64,000 bases of DNA from Psammoneis japonica (GCA_008632985.1 QPGO01000054.1:62001-126000); one strand, 5' to 3'; counted from the first letter of the stretch, positions 1 through 13,050 are shown. Made by a program: numbers and translations. The notes: generated by a model from the sequence alone, not told the origin.

Positions 1-299
1 GATGTTGTTGAAGTTCCGAATGGATCGTTTGATCCGAAAGTGGTGCTACGTAATCACGACCCGACCGCAACGCAACGCGACGTCAAATTTCTGGATTCTG
101 GATTCTGATGGATCCTCGTTCCTCGTTCGCAAACTGAAAACCGGCACCTTACTACTGCATATCTTCTATCTTCTGCCTTCACAGTCTCTTATTGTACCGT
201 TACAAAAGTTATCTCGAAAGAGTTTCACATTGAAGCGGTTGTTTCACGTCATCGTGATTGCCTTTTCGGTGTGTTTTGTCTTTGAAAGATCTTTCCAGA

Positions 300-2411
300 A
301 TGGGTCGCGGTGTTGCTCTTTTGGGCGGCTTTGTTCTGGGGTCGGTAGTCACTCTTGCGGTATCCAGTGCAATGGGGAAGAAAAAGAAAAAGACAGTGAA
401 ATTCGATGACGCTTCTCCTCACGTCAGCCCTCGCTCCAGATCGGCGGCTTCTTTGCTTGCTGCAACTCCTGACCAACAGGTTAACTTTCTTACCGACATC
501 ATGAATAGGCTTTGGAAACACATCAATGTTGCTGGCAGTGCTACGATCCGGGAGACCATTGAACCGATGCTTGAAGACATGCAACCTAGCCTCACCGTGA
601 AGACTGTTGATCTCGGAAAGATTCCGATTCGATTCGACAACATTGCTGTGCACACAATCAAAGGAGAGGGGAAGGATGAAAGGCTTCAATTTGATCTGGA
701 TATCCTTTGGGATAGTGAAATGGCTATCGAGATGCACGCTGATTATATCGGAGACTTTGGTGTCAGGAGTATCAAGTTGAAAGGAAGAATGACCTTTTTG
801 CTGAAACCTCTTTCTGATGAGCTACCCTGCATCTCGGCCATTCAGTATGCCTTTATTGATAATCCAGAGTTGGACCTGGACTTTACGGGACTGGCCAATA
901 TTGCCGAGGTTGGTGGCATCGACCAGAAGGTCCGCGACGTGTTGCAATCAACGCTTTCCAGTATGTTGGTCCTCCCGAATAGGATGTTGTACAAGATGGA
1001 CCTTGGATGTGATCTCAGGCAAATGTATCAACCACCCCTTGGTGTTGTGCGTATTACTGCTGTTGGTGGCCGGGGCTTTCAGATCGAGAAGAGAGCTCTG
1101 CGTGGTGGAGATATACCGGATGTTTACTTGAAGTTGTCCATGGGGGACAGAACTTGCACTACATCGACAATCAAGGATAATTTGGAACCTGTTTGGAACG
1201 AAGCATTTGATTTTGTCATTTGCTCTCATGATCAGATCATTCGTTTGCACGCATGGGATGAAGACAAGGGAGCTCTAGATGCTGATGACGATTTAGGAAC
1301 CGCCCAAGTCACTGTAGGGGATCTGATGCTTGCAGGGAAGACTGTTGAACTCGAACTACAGGACGATGATACTCCCACGGGTGCCTACATTACAATTCGT
1401 TGCGAGATCTACAAGCTCACGACAGACACAACCGCCGTGGAGACCCCATCTCTCCTCGAGGAGAAGCCGATCAAAGACGGACTTTGCGGACTACTTACCA
1501 TTATCGTGACACAGGCATTCAACGTACCTGTCAAGAAAAGCGAGGCAAACTCGTTTATCAAGGTCAAATGCGGAGATTCAGAGTTTTTGACCGGTGCTGT
1601 TGTCGATGCACCGGGATATGATTGCTTAAACCCGACGTACGATTGCGTCTTTTTTGTTCAACTTACGCCAGAGTTACTCAAGAAGCAGGCCAATGGCTGT
1701 CCTTCCGTGTCTTTTTCTCTCATGAATGGTGAAAAGGAATTGGGAAACCTCCTAATCGATGGGGCGTCAGTGCTGGCCACTCCGAACAAAGTCATCAACG
1801 AGACACGTGACATTGGTAGTAGTGGTGCTTCTCTAGCGTTTCTTGTGGGCGTTTACGGTATTGACCAGCCGCCTGAAGGGGGTCTTCCTAGTGATGCGTT
1901 GTCTTCCTCATTGACGCGGGCTTTGCCGGATTCTGGCGATGATGGCGTCATGGGCGTTAGCCCTACCCATGAAAGGGTGTTGAGTGGACACGGCTTCTCT
2001 GCTGTTGACCAAGGTGTTCCTGCGGGCATGGGTAATATCCGTGTCACGTTGTGGAGTGGACACGGCTTCTCGGCCGTGAAGAAGAGGAAGTTTCGCAAAG
2101 CCGATATTCCGGATGTCTATTGTAAGGTCAAGTTTGGATCCAGCCCAAGTGTTTGGAAGACAAAAATCGCCAAGGATAGCGTTTCACCCGTATGGAAGGA
2201 AGAAAAGACCTACATTCTCTCCAACCATAACCAGGTGCTTAACATTGTTGCGTTTGACGCCAACCGAAAGGGGCCCGATGACGAGCTTGGCAGTGCTAGA
2301 GTCACTGTGGGAATGCTTCTTCTAAGTGGGGCGCCAGTGGATGTTGAGTTAGAGAAAAATGGAGTCTGTACGGGAGCTTTCATCAAAGTACATGTGGAAA
2401 TGTCGTCGTAG
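300..2411 (+). CDS. Extended synaptotagmin-like protein (N-terminal TM, SMP domain, three C2 domains)
   Basis: Uninterrupted ORF. N-terminal hydrophobic helix; SMP-like FLTDIMNRLWKHIN...LDLDFTGLANIAE; C2 motifs DIPDVYLKL...LEPVWNEAFDF...AWDED and DIPDVYCKV...SPVWKEE. Confidence 0.88.
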   Translation: MGRGVALLGGFVLGSVVTLAVSSAMGKKKKKTVKFDDASPHVSPRSRSAASLLAATPDQQVNFLTDIMNRLWKHINVAGSATIRETIEPMLEDMQPSLTVKTVDLGKIPIRFDNIAVHTIKGEGKDERLQFDLDILWDSEMAIEMHADYIGDFGVRSIKLKGRMTFLLKPLSDELPCISAIQYAFIDNPELDLDFTGLANIAEVGGIDQKVRDVLQSTLSSMLVLPNRMLYKMDLGCDLRQMYQPPLGVVRITAVGGRGFQIEKRALRGGDIPDVYLKLSMGDRTCTTSTIKDNLEPVWNEAFDFVICSHDQIIRLHAWDEDKGALDADDDLGTAQVTVGDLMLAGKTVELELQDDDTPTGAYITIRCEIYKLTTDTTAVETPSLLEEKPIKDGLCGLLTIIVTQAFNVPVKKSEANSFIKVKCGDSEFLTGAVVDAPGYDCLNPTYDCVFFVQLTPELLKKQANGCPSVSFSLMNGEKELGNLLIDGASVLATPNKVINETRDIGSSGASLAFLVGVYGIDQPPEGGLPSDALSSSLTRALPDSGDDGVMGVSPTHERVLSGHGFSAVDQGVPAGMGNIRVTLWSGHGFSAVKKRKFRKADIPDVYCKVKFGSSPSVWKTKIAKDSVSPVWKEEKTYILSNHNQVLNIVAFDANRKGPDDELGSARVTVGMLLLSGAPVDVELEKNGVCTGAFIKVHVEMSS

Positions 2412-2727
2412 TCAATTGCTTTTCCGGACGTGAATGAAAAGAACAATGCAATCTGTTAAGTGACCGCTTCTACTTCTAGGTGAGTGGTCACGATTGTCAT
2501 TGATCCCGAGGAACCATACAAATTCGATCTAGCTACCTATCCACGAAGCGATACAGAAGTACAGTAATAGGTGGCAAGTATATGCTTCCGCCATCGCGTG
2601 CACCTTGCATATATGTTTTTTGTCTGATAAAGTACCGAGTTTACTCTTCACTGTTGTGTTTCTATTTCCTTATTATCACTAGGTACTTTATGCGTTTAAA
2701 CTCGCTAACTCTAGAATTTGCGTGCAA

Positions 2728-3893
2728 TTACGTCATTGTTGACGTCTCAATAGTGCACACTTGGTTATCTTTGCCGTACTTTGAGGCCACTGTCAGTGCG
2801 ACAAAATTCACAGCTTCAATAGCAGCGTCTTGGTGTTTCGTCATGTCGCTCTCTAGAAGATCAAGTCTCCTCTTTGCTTGAAGGTACCGGTTAGCGGACA
2901 GCTTTCCAACTGTATCGAGTGCTTCAAGCGAAACTAACTCTTGTTTTGCAAGCCTCTCTTTCCATATCGAGTTCTGCATTCGAAGGTCCTCCAAGTCCCG
3001 TTCACAAGTGGCTAAATCAGCCTGAGTCGCAACAAGGGTATTCTTCAACTCCAGAATATCATCCCTACCCTCTTGTGATTCGTTTTGCAACAAGCCCATT
3101 TCCGTTTCTCTCTTGTATAGGCTGACTTGACAACTATCGGTCTCCTTCATCTCCAGTCTTAGTTCCTCTCGCAATCTCAAAAGTTCATTTCGCAAGTCTT
3201 CGTTGGACTCCTTGTGGCTTGCAGTCTCTTCCTTCAGTAACTGTTGTGTTCTTGATATTTCACGTTGAGCTTCTTGCCATTGCCGCTGATAATTTTGACA
3301 CTGAGGAGAGAGCCGATGCGCCATCAAGACCCAAAGTCCGGCATTGCAAGTACAAGCAGCATTGCGCTAAACACAAATAATGCACGCCAACGAAATCCAG
3401 CTGAAGACGGCCGCGATTGATTAGGACATGGCGGTATTTCCTCTGAATAGAGTTGATGCGCCTTTCTGCCGTTTTTGTCGACTCCGACGCTTCTTCTGGT
3501 ATTTGTAGCTGCTAATTCATTCACGCAACATTCTTCCGAGACAACTCTGCTGGAAAGGCTTCTCGGTTGCAACAGACTATTGTCAGCGACGTTTGATTTG
3601 TTAGAAATCACAGGAGGAGCCAGAATATCTGACGATGCTGTTTCAGAAGGCGTTGTAATTTGTGGATGAATATCTCGCACATGCGATTCGGTAGAAACAA
3701 CAGCAAGTGCATTGGAGGAGGGAGGTGGCGCTTCAAACTCTTGTACATTTGCCTCCGGTGTGTCTCGCTTCGAGACGGCTCGTGATTGAGACTTCGATAG
3801 GACATGTTCTTTGCATACGGAAGACGAGGTCCGTGGTCTCTTGGGCAACTTGGCGTTGCCGTCAGAGGGTTGCAAGTGTCGCTTGGGTGACAT
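2728..3893 (-). CDS. Hypothetical protein: disordered N-terminus, one TM helix, C-terminal coiled coil; frameshift near 3325
   Basis: ORFs 3324-4001 and 2728-3327 abut in different frames with no intron-sized gap; TM WRALFVFSAMLLVLAM followed by heptad-rich sequence. Confidence 0.55.
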
Positions 3894-4426
3894 TTTCCGT
3901 GAAGAATACGCAAAGCAGTCGCAACAAGACTCCCTCAAATAAGAGTTAAGGCTGCCTTCGGACGGGAGATAGACTCTAGAGGTATGGTTGCATCCGCTCA
4001 AAGAACGACGGTGTATGTGCGGTCAACGGTCGCCATGGCAATTTTTTTGATGAACGCCCGAGTCAGTCATTTTGAATCTGGGTCGTGAGACTGTCCAATC
4101 TACGTGAATCTCCAGTGGGACAAAGATGGTTCGCGTTCGTTCGCAACATTCGCGCGTTGACCCAATCGCGCTCTCCCAACAGGTGCGTTACATAGCTTTG
4201 TATACTTCTACAGCACCGGTGACGAAACTACAGTAAGAATGAGGAAGGTGAGGTAATGCATCTACTGTAGGTTCCGGAATGATCATGATAGACCAACTAG
4301 AGAGTATATGCTGGTATCTGTAGTTCACGAGATACTTCCAGGATCGAATTGACGGTGACTTTAGTGTATAATCTCTTGTTGCAGGAGCGTGCGATTCAAA
4401 AAAGTGAAATTTTGCAGTCGACCTTT

Positions 4427-4520
4427 CTCGAATACGGTTGCAGAGCAGTCTCCATCCTCGATTAGTAATCACTAACCCTCGAATAGGGTAGCAGAACAGT
4501 CTCCATCCTCGACTAGCAGT
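4427..4520. repeat. Imperfect tandem repeat, 51-bp unit, about 1.9 copies
   Basis: ctcgaata...cagtctccatcctcga starts at both 4427 and 4478. Confidence 0.85.
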
Positions 4521-4551
4521 TGTGGCACTCAGCTCCCCCGAAACCTCTCTA

Positions 4552-6672
4552 ATCACCACGACGCATCCGTTCGACGCCATTCCCATCCCGCTGACACCTG
4601 AACCTGATCTTCATCTTCTTCATCAGAGGAGTCGCGGGTCTGCGACTTTGACGCATAGCGGGACTTCGGCGCAAAGTCAAATCCGATGCTCTCTAGCTTC
4701 AATCGACGCTCATCCGAAAGACTATTTGAGCTCTTCCCAGTCTTCTAAACTGCTTTCTCTGAACCTTGACCCAATTCAGCAATTTATTGTCACCGGGATA
4801 GGCCTGCATTAAATTGACTTGGAGTTGACGTCACCAAACCGAGCCTCCACATTTTTCATTTTCTCAAACTGCATATTGAAAGCGTCCTCGTTGCGTGGAC
4901 GGCCTCCCGCTCCAGTAGTCTTTTCCTTGTCTACCGAGAAATCAAACTAGAGCTCCTGCAACTTTTGATTCGCGTCTTGTCCAAAGACGTTTTCTCACCC
5001 TTGAGAAACTTTTGGTATGCTTGCCTTTGACTTTGAGCCCACATGCGAAGGCTTTTCTCTTTGTTTGTCAAGGTTGTTATTTCCTTTGAATTTGGTTTAT
5101 ACATTGGTATCTTGAGGTGGCCATCTAGAGTAAAGCACAAGAGAATGCAAAGAAGTTTTAGGAGAGAATAATTTTATCGACACAAGCGAAATCTACGGCA
5201 TGGACAAGAGACTTACGGGTTTGACGGAAATTTCGACATTCCTCGAGGCGTTCATCAAAGGTAGGATTAATTGTTCTGACCAGCCACTTGAAACCAATTT
5301 CCTCCAGTTTCTCAATCCGTTCTTGCTTCAATTCACCCTTTTGCTTTTGCCTACGAATTTGATGCGCCCATTCACCAAGATTGGGATCCTCTTTATAACT
5401 CGATCTCGGCATGTCGCAATGGCCAGACTTTTGCTTGAAGGTTTTCAAATTTTCAATGCGTTGGTCAAAAGGAATAGAAGGAGCAGCGACTCTCCACTCG
5501 AATCCAATATGTTTGAGTTGCTCCACCCGCTCACGAGTAAGATAGGTTGATCCTGGCAGCAATCCTTCCCCCGGGACGGGTGGATTATCGGGCGAATACC
5601 ACTTGTATGACGCGCGAAGGCTAGCCACCCACCGCCCAAGAAGAGGATCACGCAGTGGAACTCGAACATGGTTGTTTCGAAGCTTGAAGGTCTCCAGCTG
5701 TTTGAAACGTTCTTCAAACGTAACCACTGCAGGCGGTTCTGGATCTGGTTCGTGCGGCTTTTTCACCTGCGGTGGCGGTGGTCGTGGCGGTGCTGGATTT
5801 TCAGTCTTGACCTTGGCTCTAGCTTTGGCCAGTTCCTTTGCAAGATTTTCTCGCCAAATGCGATTGGTCTGCTCAGCTTTTGCCTCCGCATACTTGAGAT
5901 TGGTTTCGAGTCGAGCCACCTTTCTTCGTTCACTCGCTCGTTCCTTACTAGCTCTCTTTCGGACAAGCGAGACAAGTTCCTTGACATCATCCGGGACATC
6001 TTTTCGATGGGAAATACGCATGGTTTCGCTGACACGAGGCTTCTTGTTGGTGTCGTCTGGAGACTCATCAACACTGACCGCTGGCGGACCCTTTCGTTTG
6101 ACGCCGTCAAAAATGTCACTTTCCAATGCAGTGCTGACGTGTTCTTTGGAAAATGGAATTACAAATGGGAAGGATTCTTCTCTTAACGCTTCACCTACTC
6201 TATTTTCGATCAATAGAGTTACTCTTGTGGCACTCTCTTCGAATCGTTGTGCCTCCTGTTTCGTGGTATCTTTTGCTTGAAACTTTCCCTCTGCTAGAAA
6301 GCCTGTACCCTCTTTGAGCCTAATCACAATTGAGCAACGCGTCCACGACGCTGAAGGAATAGCATCGATGAGGTAATCGATAAACTTATTGTAACAAAGA
6401 TTCCGATTTCTCTTTCGGCTAGTTGTTGCCCCGCTCGTTTCGGGCAGAGATTCTGACGCTGCGGGGGGCTTTGCAACAAGTGCGGTATCTCTGGACTCTT
6501 CGTTTCGGTTCTCTTTCGATCCCTCCGGACTCTTTACCAGCTCGTCTTTTGTTGAAACATTCGGTTGCTTTCTGCTTGCGTTTTTATCGGGAATCTTTGA
6601 TGGACTTGAGTTCGCCCATGCCGCTTTCGCTGTCGGATCCTCGGTCGCTTGACGCTTCTTGTCGTCGCTCAT
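4552..6672 (-). CDS. Helicase-associated (HA) domain repeat protein; one intron at about 5126-5216 and frameshifts in the 3' exon
   Basis: Repeated HA motifs FEERFKQLETFKLRNNHVRVP...LGRWVASLR, FDQRIENLKTFKQKSGHCDMP...LGEWAHQIRRQ, ERIEKLEEIGFKW; GTAAGT donor; continues GHLKIP...LRMWAQSQRQ. The 3' end is approximate. Confidence 0.8.
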
Positions 6673-7099
6673 CTTTTGCACAAAGTCATCAATCCAGATA
6701 AAAGCTCTCTCTAGAGTACGTCATACGCAATCGAAACGACGATCACAATGACAGCAGCAGTGGACATCAGAGGACAGAGGTACGGTAAACGCATTGTCAT
6801 GTCATCGTTGGAGGTCTTTCTCTGCAAGTACTCGTAAACAGTGTTAGCGGTAGCGGTTAGAGAGTCTACCGTACCGTACCGTGTACCTACTGTATGTGGT
6901 GGGGGTTGGGGGGCGTCTTTGGAAGTGAGAGCGTCGAAGGCGGTCTGATCGCCAGTGCGTTTGGGGGGTTTCCCAGTACAATTTGTACGCACAAGAAAAC
7001 ACGTAGGATCTGTCCAGAGGTCCCAAATACCCAATCGCACTGATTGACAGACTGTTTTAGCACAAATTCTACGTAACTTTCTTCGACAGTCTCACTTCC

Positions 7100-7515
7100 G
7101 AAGACGTCCCCCAGGGTGGAGAGAAAAAGGGTGGGCCGAGGGTAGGGACAGACGGTTGAGAGGAAGAGTTGGCAGGTGACAGCAGGGTGGCTGAGGAGAA
7201 CAGCTTGACACGTAGAAAGATGGGTGGAGAGAGCAAAGCCTAAGTTAAGACTGAGGATTTGAGAGGCCCAGAGCAAGGGGGATGAAGTGTGGTGTGAGGA
7301 GCCGAAGAGGTCTTGAGAGAGTTGTTTCCAGGCCGCGTTGGAGTTGGCAAGGAGATCGGAGGGTGCGCGAAGAGTGAGTTGGTGAAGGCGGAGAAGGATG
7401 CTTGAGAGCTGGAAAAGGAGGAGGGCTTGTCCAGGGTGGTTGGGAGGAAGGGGTGGGATGGGATGGAGGAGGATGTTGTGGGACAAGTCAGCAGGTGGAT
7501 GCGGAAGTTTCATGT
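7100..7515 (-). mobile_element. Possible 3' fragment of a non-LTR retroelement ORF
   Basis: Strong purine/pyrimidine strand skew unlike neighbouring genes; Leu/Ser/Pro-rich frame (LLANSNAAWK...WASQILSLNLGFALSTHL); sits at the edge of a TpA-depleted domain. Family assignment rests on recollection only. Confidence 0.25.
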
Positions 7516-7534
7516 TGACATCCAGAGTGAATGC

Positions 7535-8700
7535 TCATCTGTCCAATGCTTGTGGCACCTCCTTGAGACAACCTTGTGGGAGCAGCTGTTGCTCTGCCTC
7601 TGTGATCAAAACAGTCTCAACTGTGGTGCCATCTTCTTGCTCAGGTGGAGGGGATGACAAGAGCGCATGACTGAGGGTCAAACTGGGATTGGCTGGTGTC
7701 TCCTTGTTGGCAATGCAGACGGCACCTTTCAAGAAAAACAGAAACATGATGAGCGACTGCGAAAGAGGAAGTTGGAGCTTGGGCACAACATGGTGCATGT
7801 GCAAGACTGCTGGTGCTCGTTCACTCTCTTTGATTCCTCCAACTGCTGCTCTGACACCTTGATTTTTGTGTCTCTTTTGGCAAGTTGCACATGGAGTCGT
7901 TTGCATTCTAAATTCCAACTCGAGTTGCTGGATCTTGCGGGCATTGGAATTGTCAGTGCTCTTTTCAGTTGCGGAAGGTTTTGCATTTGCTCCACATCAA
8001 GGTTCAGGGCCTCTGTTGTTTGCAGTGTGCCCTCGACCATCTGGAGGGACACTTTGCTGCTCAAACTCTGTGGCTGCAGCTGTCTTGGCTTTGGTGGGTG
8101 GAAGGTGGGACAAGAGTGCACGGTGGAAACTCTTGTTGCGTTGCTCATGCATCTTGCCTGTGAAGAGTTTCACTGTGATGCTTTTGCCATGGTGTTTTTC
8201 TTGACATGCAATGGCACACTCCATGGCTGCGGCTGCCATGTCCTCCAAACACAAGAATTCGTCCCCGGTCTTGGTGACTCAAAAAGATGAGAGGCAACAG
8301 ATCGAGTCTTTTAACTGCTCGGCAAAGATTCTCCTTTGGGGTCCGGCTCGCATCAACCAATGCATTGACTGCCTCTCCAAGTTGACATTTGATAACATGC
8401 TTGCCATTGTGGCAGCACTCCTTGCGATGTACGCTTTCGGTGACAGCCGCGACGAGATGTGCGATCTCGCGTGTCATTGGTGTGCCTTTTGCTTGCGTGC
8501 AGCTGAAAATGACTCCCACAAACTCATCTGTTGAGCATGATAGCATGGTGCTCGTTCCTGCTGCTATTCTAAAATGCTGATACGTCACCATGATGCTGTT
8601 ACGGTTTGAGCGACTCACGACTTGCTCGGCTCGGCTTCGATGATCGGCTCTCCGACTCTTTGACGCTTTGCTCTCGGCAGGTGGTGCAGGGCAGTGCAAA
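7535..8700 (-). pseudogene. Degenerate gene or TE-gene remnant, TpA-depleted
   Basis: Successive broken frames (8145-8699, 7997-8254, 7729-8148) that are almost Tyr-free and Cys/His-rich; only one TpA seen in 7501-7920 while several CpG remain. Confidence 0.6.
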
Positions 8701-9083
8701 TCGACTCTGTGGTGTGGTAGGTTGGTTTAAGTCACTTCTGGTTCATTGTCAAGGAAAGATGACTTTGAGCTTGTGTTGCTGTTGAGCTTTTGGTTTGGAC
8801 CGCACCGTTGTTGGTTTGCTGCTGGCGGGGATTGTCATTTCCAAACGGTGAGTTGTCGCGCATCAGTAAACGCGCGGCGTGATCAAGGGCAGTTGGCAAT
8901 AGATGTTCCAAAATCAAAATGCCGAGCGACAGGCGACAGGCAAAGATCTTCTCCAAGGAAGCGGCGGCGATGATGGTATGTTGATACACGCCACCTCAAA
9001 CCTGCAGACACGTGCTACCATAACTTGTTGTTATTGATTTGAAAAGCATCTCAACTCCCAAGGCATGCAAACGGTCGATCAGC

Positions 9084-9806
9084 ATGCTTCTTCATACCTC
9101 GGTTGCGTCCCGAGCGAGCCCGTTGTTGCAGGTTCAACCAGCCGGTAGCTTCCTGAAAAACTATGCAATCTCACCGACAACACTCCAGATGACTGCCATA
9201 TCGAAGGGTTCTGCTGAAGCGCTTCACAACTCGGTCTTTTGGTTTGCTCTCCGCGGCGGCGAGCTATTTGCCAAACACGCTGATAGTGCTTTGGATATCG
9301 GTAGGGTACGCATGAGGCTCGAAGGTCTTTCTGCTTATGCAACACTTTGTGCATTACTGGCAAATGGCTGCTTAAGACTGTATTCTGCAGTTAGTGAACC
9401 AAAGAAGGAAAAAGAAAAGGAAGACAAGATCAAGAAACGAGCCTACGATCTGTTCTATCTGTTCATTTCCGTCTCGATCATGTCGGGCTCGTATACAACC
9501 GTCGTCTTTACCCTTCTTGCACTCTTTTCTAAAACAGCCTTGGGTAGAGGTTATGATAAACAGTTTTTGAATTTCTGGGCAGCAACGGCCAATGTACGAG
9601 AGAGTGGCTTGGAAGCATTCCTTGCTTCCTGGTGTGTTTTGAGCTCGCATTCATCCTATCACTCTTTTTGAGAACAGAGGGAAATCGACGAAAGATCTCG
9701 TTTCGTTGGCGGTTGTGATGGCATTTTCTCATTTACGAGGTGGGCTGAGATAATGAGACTAGCAAGCTTACTGCTGTTCCCGCTACGAGCAGAAGCGGAG
9801 TACTAA
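9084..9806 (+). CDS. Hypothetical multi-pass membrane protein; frameshift near 9630
   Basis: ORF 9039-9671 with hydrophobic helices (RLEGLSAYATLCALLANGCLRLY; SYTTVVFTLLALFSK); a downstream frame ends AEIMRLASLLLFPLRAEAEY*. Confidence 0.6.
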
Positions 9807-10183
9807 GATAGCAAAGGTTTCGTTGATGAAAGCAGCTTGTCACAAGCTAGAGAAATCTCGCTCTCTCTTTTTAAAATTGACTTTATCTTTACAAGAACTA
9901 AGTTGTTTGCTTTTCTCCAGGTAGGAACAGCACAACTACTTAGAGAGGAAAAGTCGGAGCCGAGCGATGCCGATCTATGACCGGACATCGGACGGTCGGA
10001 CGGACCCGCGACGCGACACACACGACATACCGTACACACCAGCACGACGCATTTCAGTTGTTGTTGTTGTCGTCAATGCTTGTTACTAATACCAGGCAGC
10101 CATTGCTTGACCAGTTTAACAGAACGGCATCTCGCATCTTGAATCATCTGTCAGAAAAGCCCTTGAGATTCTTTGAATTTGAG

Positions 10184-11870
10184 ATGACGGAAGAGACAAA
10201 CGCTGCCACCGCTGCTGCCGATGCAAAAGCAGAATCCAAGTCGTCATCCAAGAAACGAAAGCGACCAGCAACAGCAAAGAAAACGAAAAAGACACCGGGA
10301 GCGCAACAAACACCGAAAACACCTCCTCCTACTTCCATTCTTATTATTGACAATGGTGGTGATACAGTCAAGTACGGATGGTCAAAAGATGACGGAGCAC
10401 CTATGTCTATGCCCAATGCAACAGCTCGTTTGCAGTATCAAATCAATACATTGGTTGGCGATGAGATCGAGACGGTAAAACCGAATCAACTCGAGTCGAC
10501 AACGCGATCCCTGGAACGAGGCCACATTGTCAACATAGGCAATCAGATTCAAGTATGGAAACGAATCATGGATAAACTTGGAATTCAAATCAGTAGCACG
10601 GCCGGGGGTGGTGGCGAAGCTGCTCAGGCTTTTGGTTGGAAGAAGACACGAAATACCAACTCGCCAACACCGGCGCTCATACATAGCAAGAATATTGCTG
10701 TATTTCTGTTGATCCAGCCTCATTGTCCGAGAGTGTTGATCGATTTGATGCTGCAGGTATGGATGGAAGACTTGGGGGTTTCTCATGTTGGCTTTGGAAT
10801 TCGGGTTCTTTTGCAGCGGTGATTTACAACAAACAGCAACAACTCAACAAGTCTTTAGAGTTTGGCGACACTGGTTGCTGCTGTGTTGTAGATGCTGGGT
10901 GGAGCGCAACGCATGTGCTGCCCACCTACAAAGGGAAAGTGTTGGACGGTACAATACGACGTGTGTCTTTGGGAGGGCGCCACTTTATAAACCTGTGGAG
11001 GTACTATGTGAGTTATCGTCAGTGGAATTTGATGGATCAGGAATGGATTCTGAGGGATGTTCAGCATCGCTTGGCGTTCTTCTCGACAGATCTTGCGGCA
11101 GACATGAAAGTGGCACGGCGGGTACCTCTTGGGAAACGACCGTGGGATCGTGACTATGTGTTGCCAGACATGCAGTCAACCAGTAAAGGAGAGGTACGTT
11201 TACCGCCGGGCTTCAACGAGCAATCGAGGAGGAAAAGAACGAGTCAAAAGACTCGAATGAAGCAACAGATGATGATGACGAAGACGATGAGGATCACAAT
11301 GGACAAGAGAGCAGCGATGGCGATGATGACGATGATTCTGATGAGGACGAGTCCGAGGAGGCGGTTCGGCGGCGAGTTATGCGTCAACGTCAAGAGGAAG
11401 AACGTCGACGTCGTGAAAGGGAGGCTGAGCAACAGGTGCTTTCAGTTTCTGTAGAACGATTCACCATACCTGAAGTTTTGTTCACTCCTTCTGATGCCGG
11501 TTTACCCAAAGACATGGCCGGTTTGTCACATGCTATTGTTCAATCCATTCAGGCCTGCCCACCAATATATCGAGCGGCACTCTATTTGAACGTGCATCTT
11601 ACCGGCGGTGTCTCAAACATTCCCAACTTTCAGCAGCGTCTGGAACAAGAGTTACGGAGCTTAGCCCCGTGTCAATATCGTGTGCGCGTTACTGTTTCTA
11701 AAGGCCCAAAAGACCAAGCTTGGTGCGGGGCGCGACATTGGATTCAACAAACCTCCCACGACCGAAAATGGAATGTCAGTAGGGATGAATGGGAAAATTC
11801 CAAGAAAGGCACCAAGGGAGTAAAGTGCTGGCATCAGCTTTTAGTTTCTAATGGTGGAATCTTTCTGTAA
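10184..11870 (+). CDS. ARP6: Actin-related protein 6 (SWR1 complex); frameshifts near 10800 and 11230
   Basis: ILIIDNGGDTVKYG; VVDAGWSATHVLP; VSYRQWNLMDQEWI; DYVLPD; ERFTIPEVLFTPSD; LTGGVSNIPNFQQRLEQELRSLAP. Confidence 0.88.
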
Positions 11871-12507
11871 AATGTTTGCGGAGCTCGAGCTACAGTTCAG
11901 AACTCAGCTCCTTTCCGAATAGCATCTCTGGAGACGAGAACACAATTAGCCCCTTCTTCTCTAGAGAATCGTAGAGGGGGAGAGCTAGAGAGTACGGTAG
12001 AGTACGGCCGTAGGTGGGATTGCCTTCAGGGTGAGGCCAGCGTGTGCGGTTTATCCGAGTAGTAGATGTGCTATTGCTTGCAATGTTCTAGAAACTTCTA
12101 AGTGTCTACTTTAGGTAACTGTCCGGGAGCATGGTACTAGGGCATGTCGCCGCTTCACTCTCTGTGTATCCATTGCTTCTCTAACATGTGCTAGTAGCTA
12201 GACCTGTTGATGATTCGACTCGACGATCGAATCAATCATTCGATCGCATTCTGAGTTAGCGTTCGGCCCGTCCTGCGTCAGAGTAGTTGGCAGCCGAGCA
12301 AGTCCTGACTTTGTGAGCTCTGACAAGTAGTCGAGTCAGTCATCTACTCGTAGCTTCTACGGCGATCTTGGTACATCAGTTTTTCCGCGTCAGTGCGAGC
12401 GGCCGCCAAGTCACAACTTGGATGCCATCTCACATTTTGCTCCAAACGCTCACAATTTCAAAACGAAGCATTGTAACACATCATCGATTCACAAAGCAAA
12501 TCGCAAC

Positions 12508-13050
12508 ATGACTCTCAAGGCCTTCACCTTCTTCCTCACAGCATTGCTGGCTACATCCAGTGTACATGCGTTTACTTCGCCAAACACACCGTCATCCCGT
12601 ACGTCACCACTTCACGCATACGTTCCCGATGGGCTGACACCGGAGCAATATCAAGCAATCAAGAAACAAGATAACAAGTTCAAGGGAAAGAATCTGGGCG
12701 CATTGGGACCAAGAGGTTTCAAGTCTCGATCCATGCAATCGTGGCAAGAAGCTTACGAAAAAGGTTTAACAGGCCACTCAATTGCTCCCTTTGGATACCG
12801 AGAAAAGTTGAACAAGGGTGAAATTAAGAAGGAGGATGTGCCATATATGGTTCGCGGAGGATCTTGGGACAACAGCGATGTCCGAGGAGCAAAGCGAAAA
12901 ACGTGGTTGAAATCGGATGTTGAGTACGCACGAGGTGGTTACAAAAAGGAACAAAGCGTATCAATCTTGGGATCTGGGCTCGGTTTCGATTGGACAGGGA
13001 CTCGTCCCCGTGAAGAGAACTTGAAGAGAGTTGTTCCGGGGCTCAGTTGA
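12508..13050 (+). CDS. Hypothetical protein with probable bipartite plastid presequence
   Basis: Signal peptide ending VHA|FTS (ASAFAP-like), Ser/Thr/Arg-rich transit peptide, then YVPDGLTPEQY and PYMVRGGSWDNSD. Confidence 0.75.
   Translation: MTLKAFTFFLTALLATSSVHAFTSPNTPSSRTSPLHAYVPDGLTPEQYQAIKKQDNKFKGKNLGALGPRGFKSRSMQSWQEAYEKGLTGHSIAPFGYREKLNKGEIKKEDVPYMVRGGSWDNSDVRGAKRKTWLKSDVEYARGGYKKEQSVSILGSGLGFDWTGTRPREENLKRVVPGLS

Noticed and set aside
4427..4520. CRISPR-like array (also 30033-30074)
   Set aside because: Only two adjacent units, no unique spacers, no cas genes, eukaryotic context.
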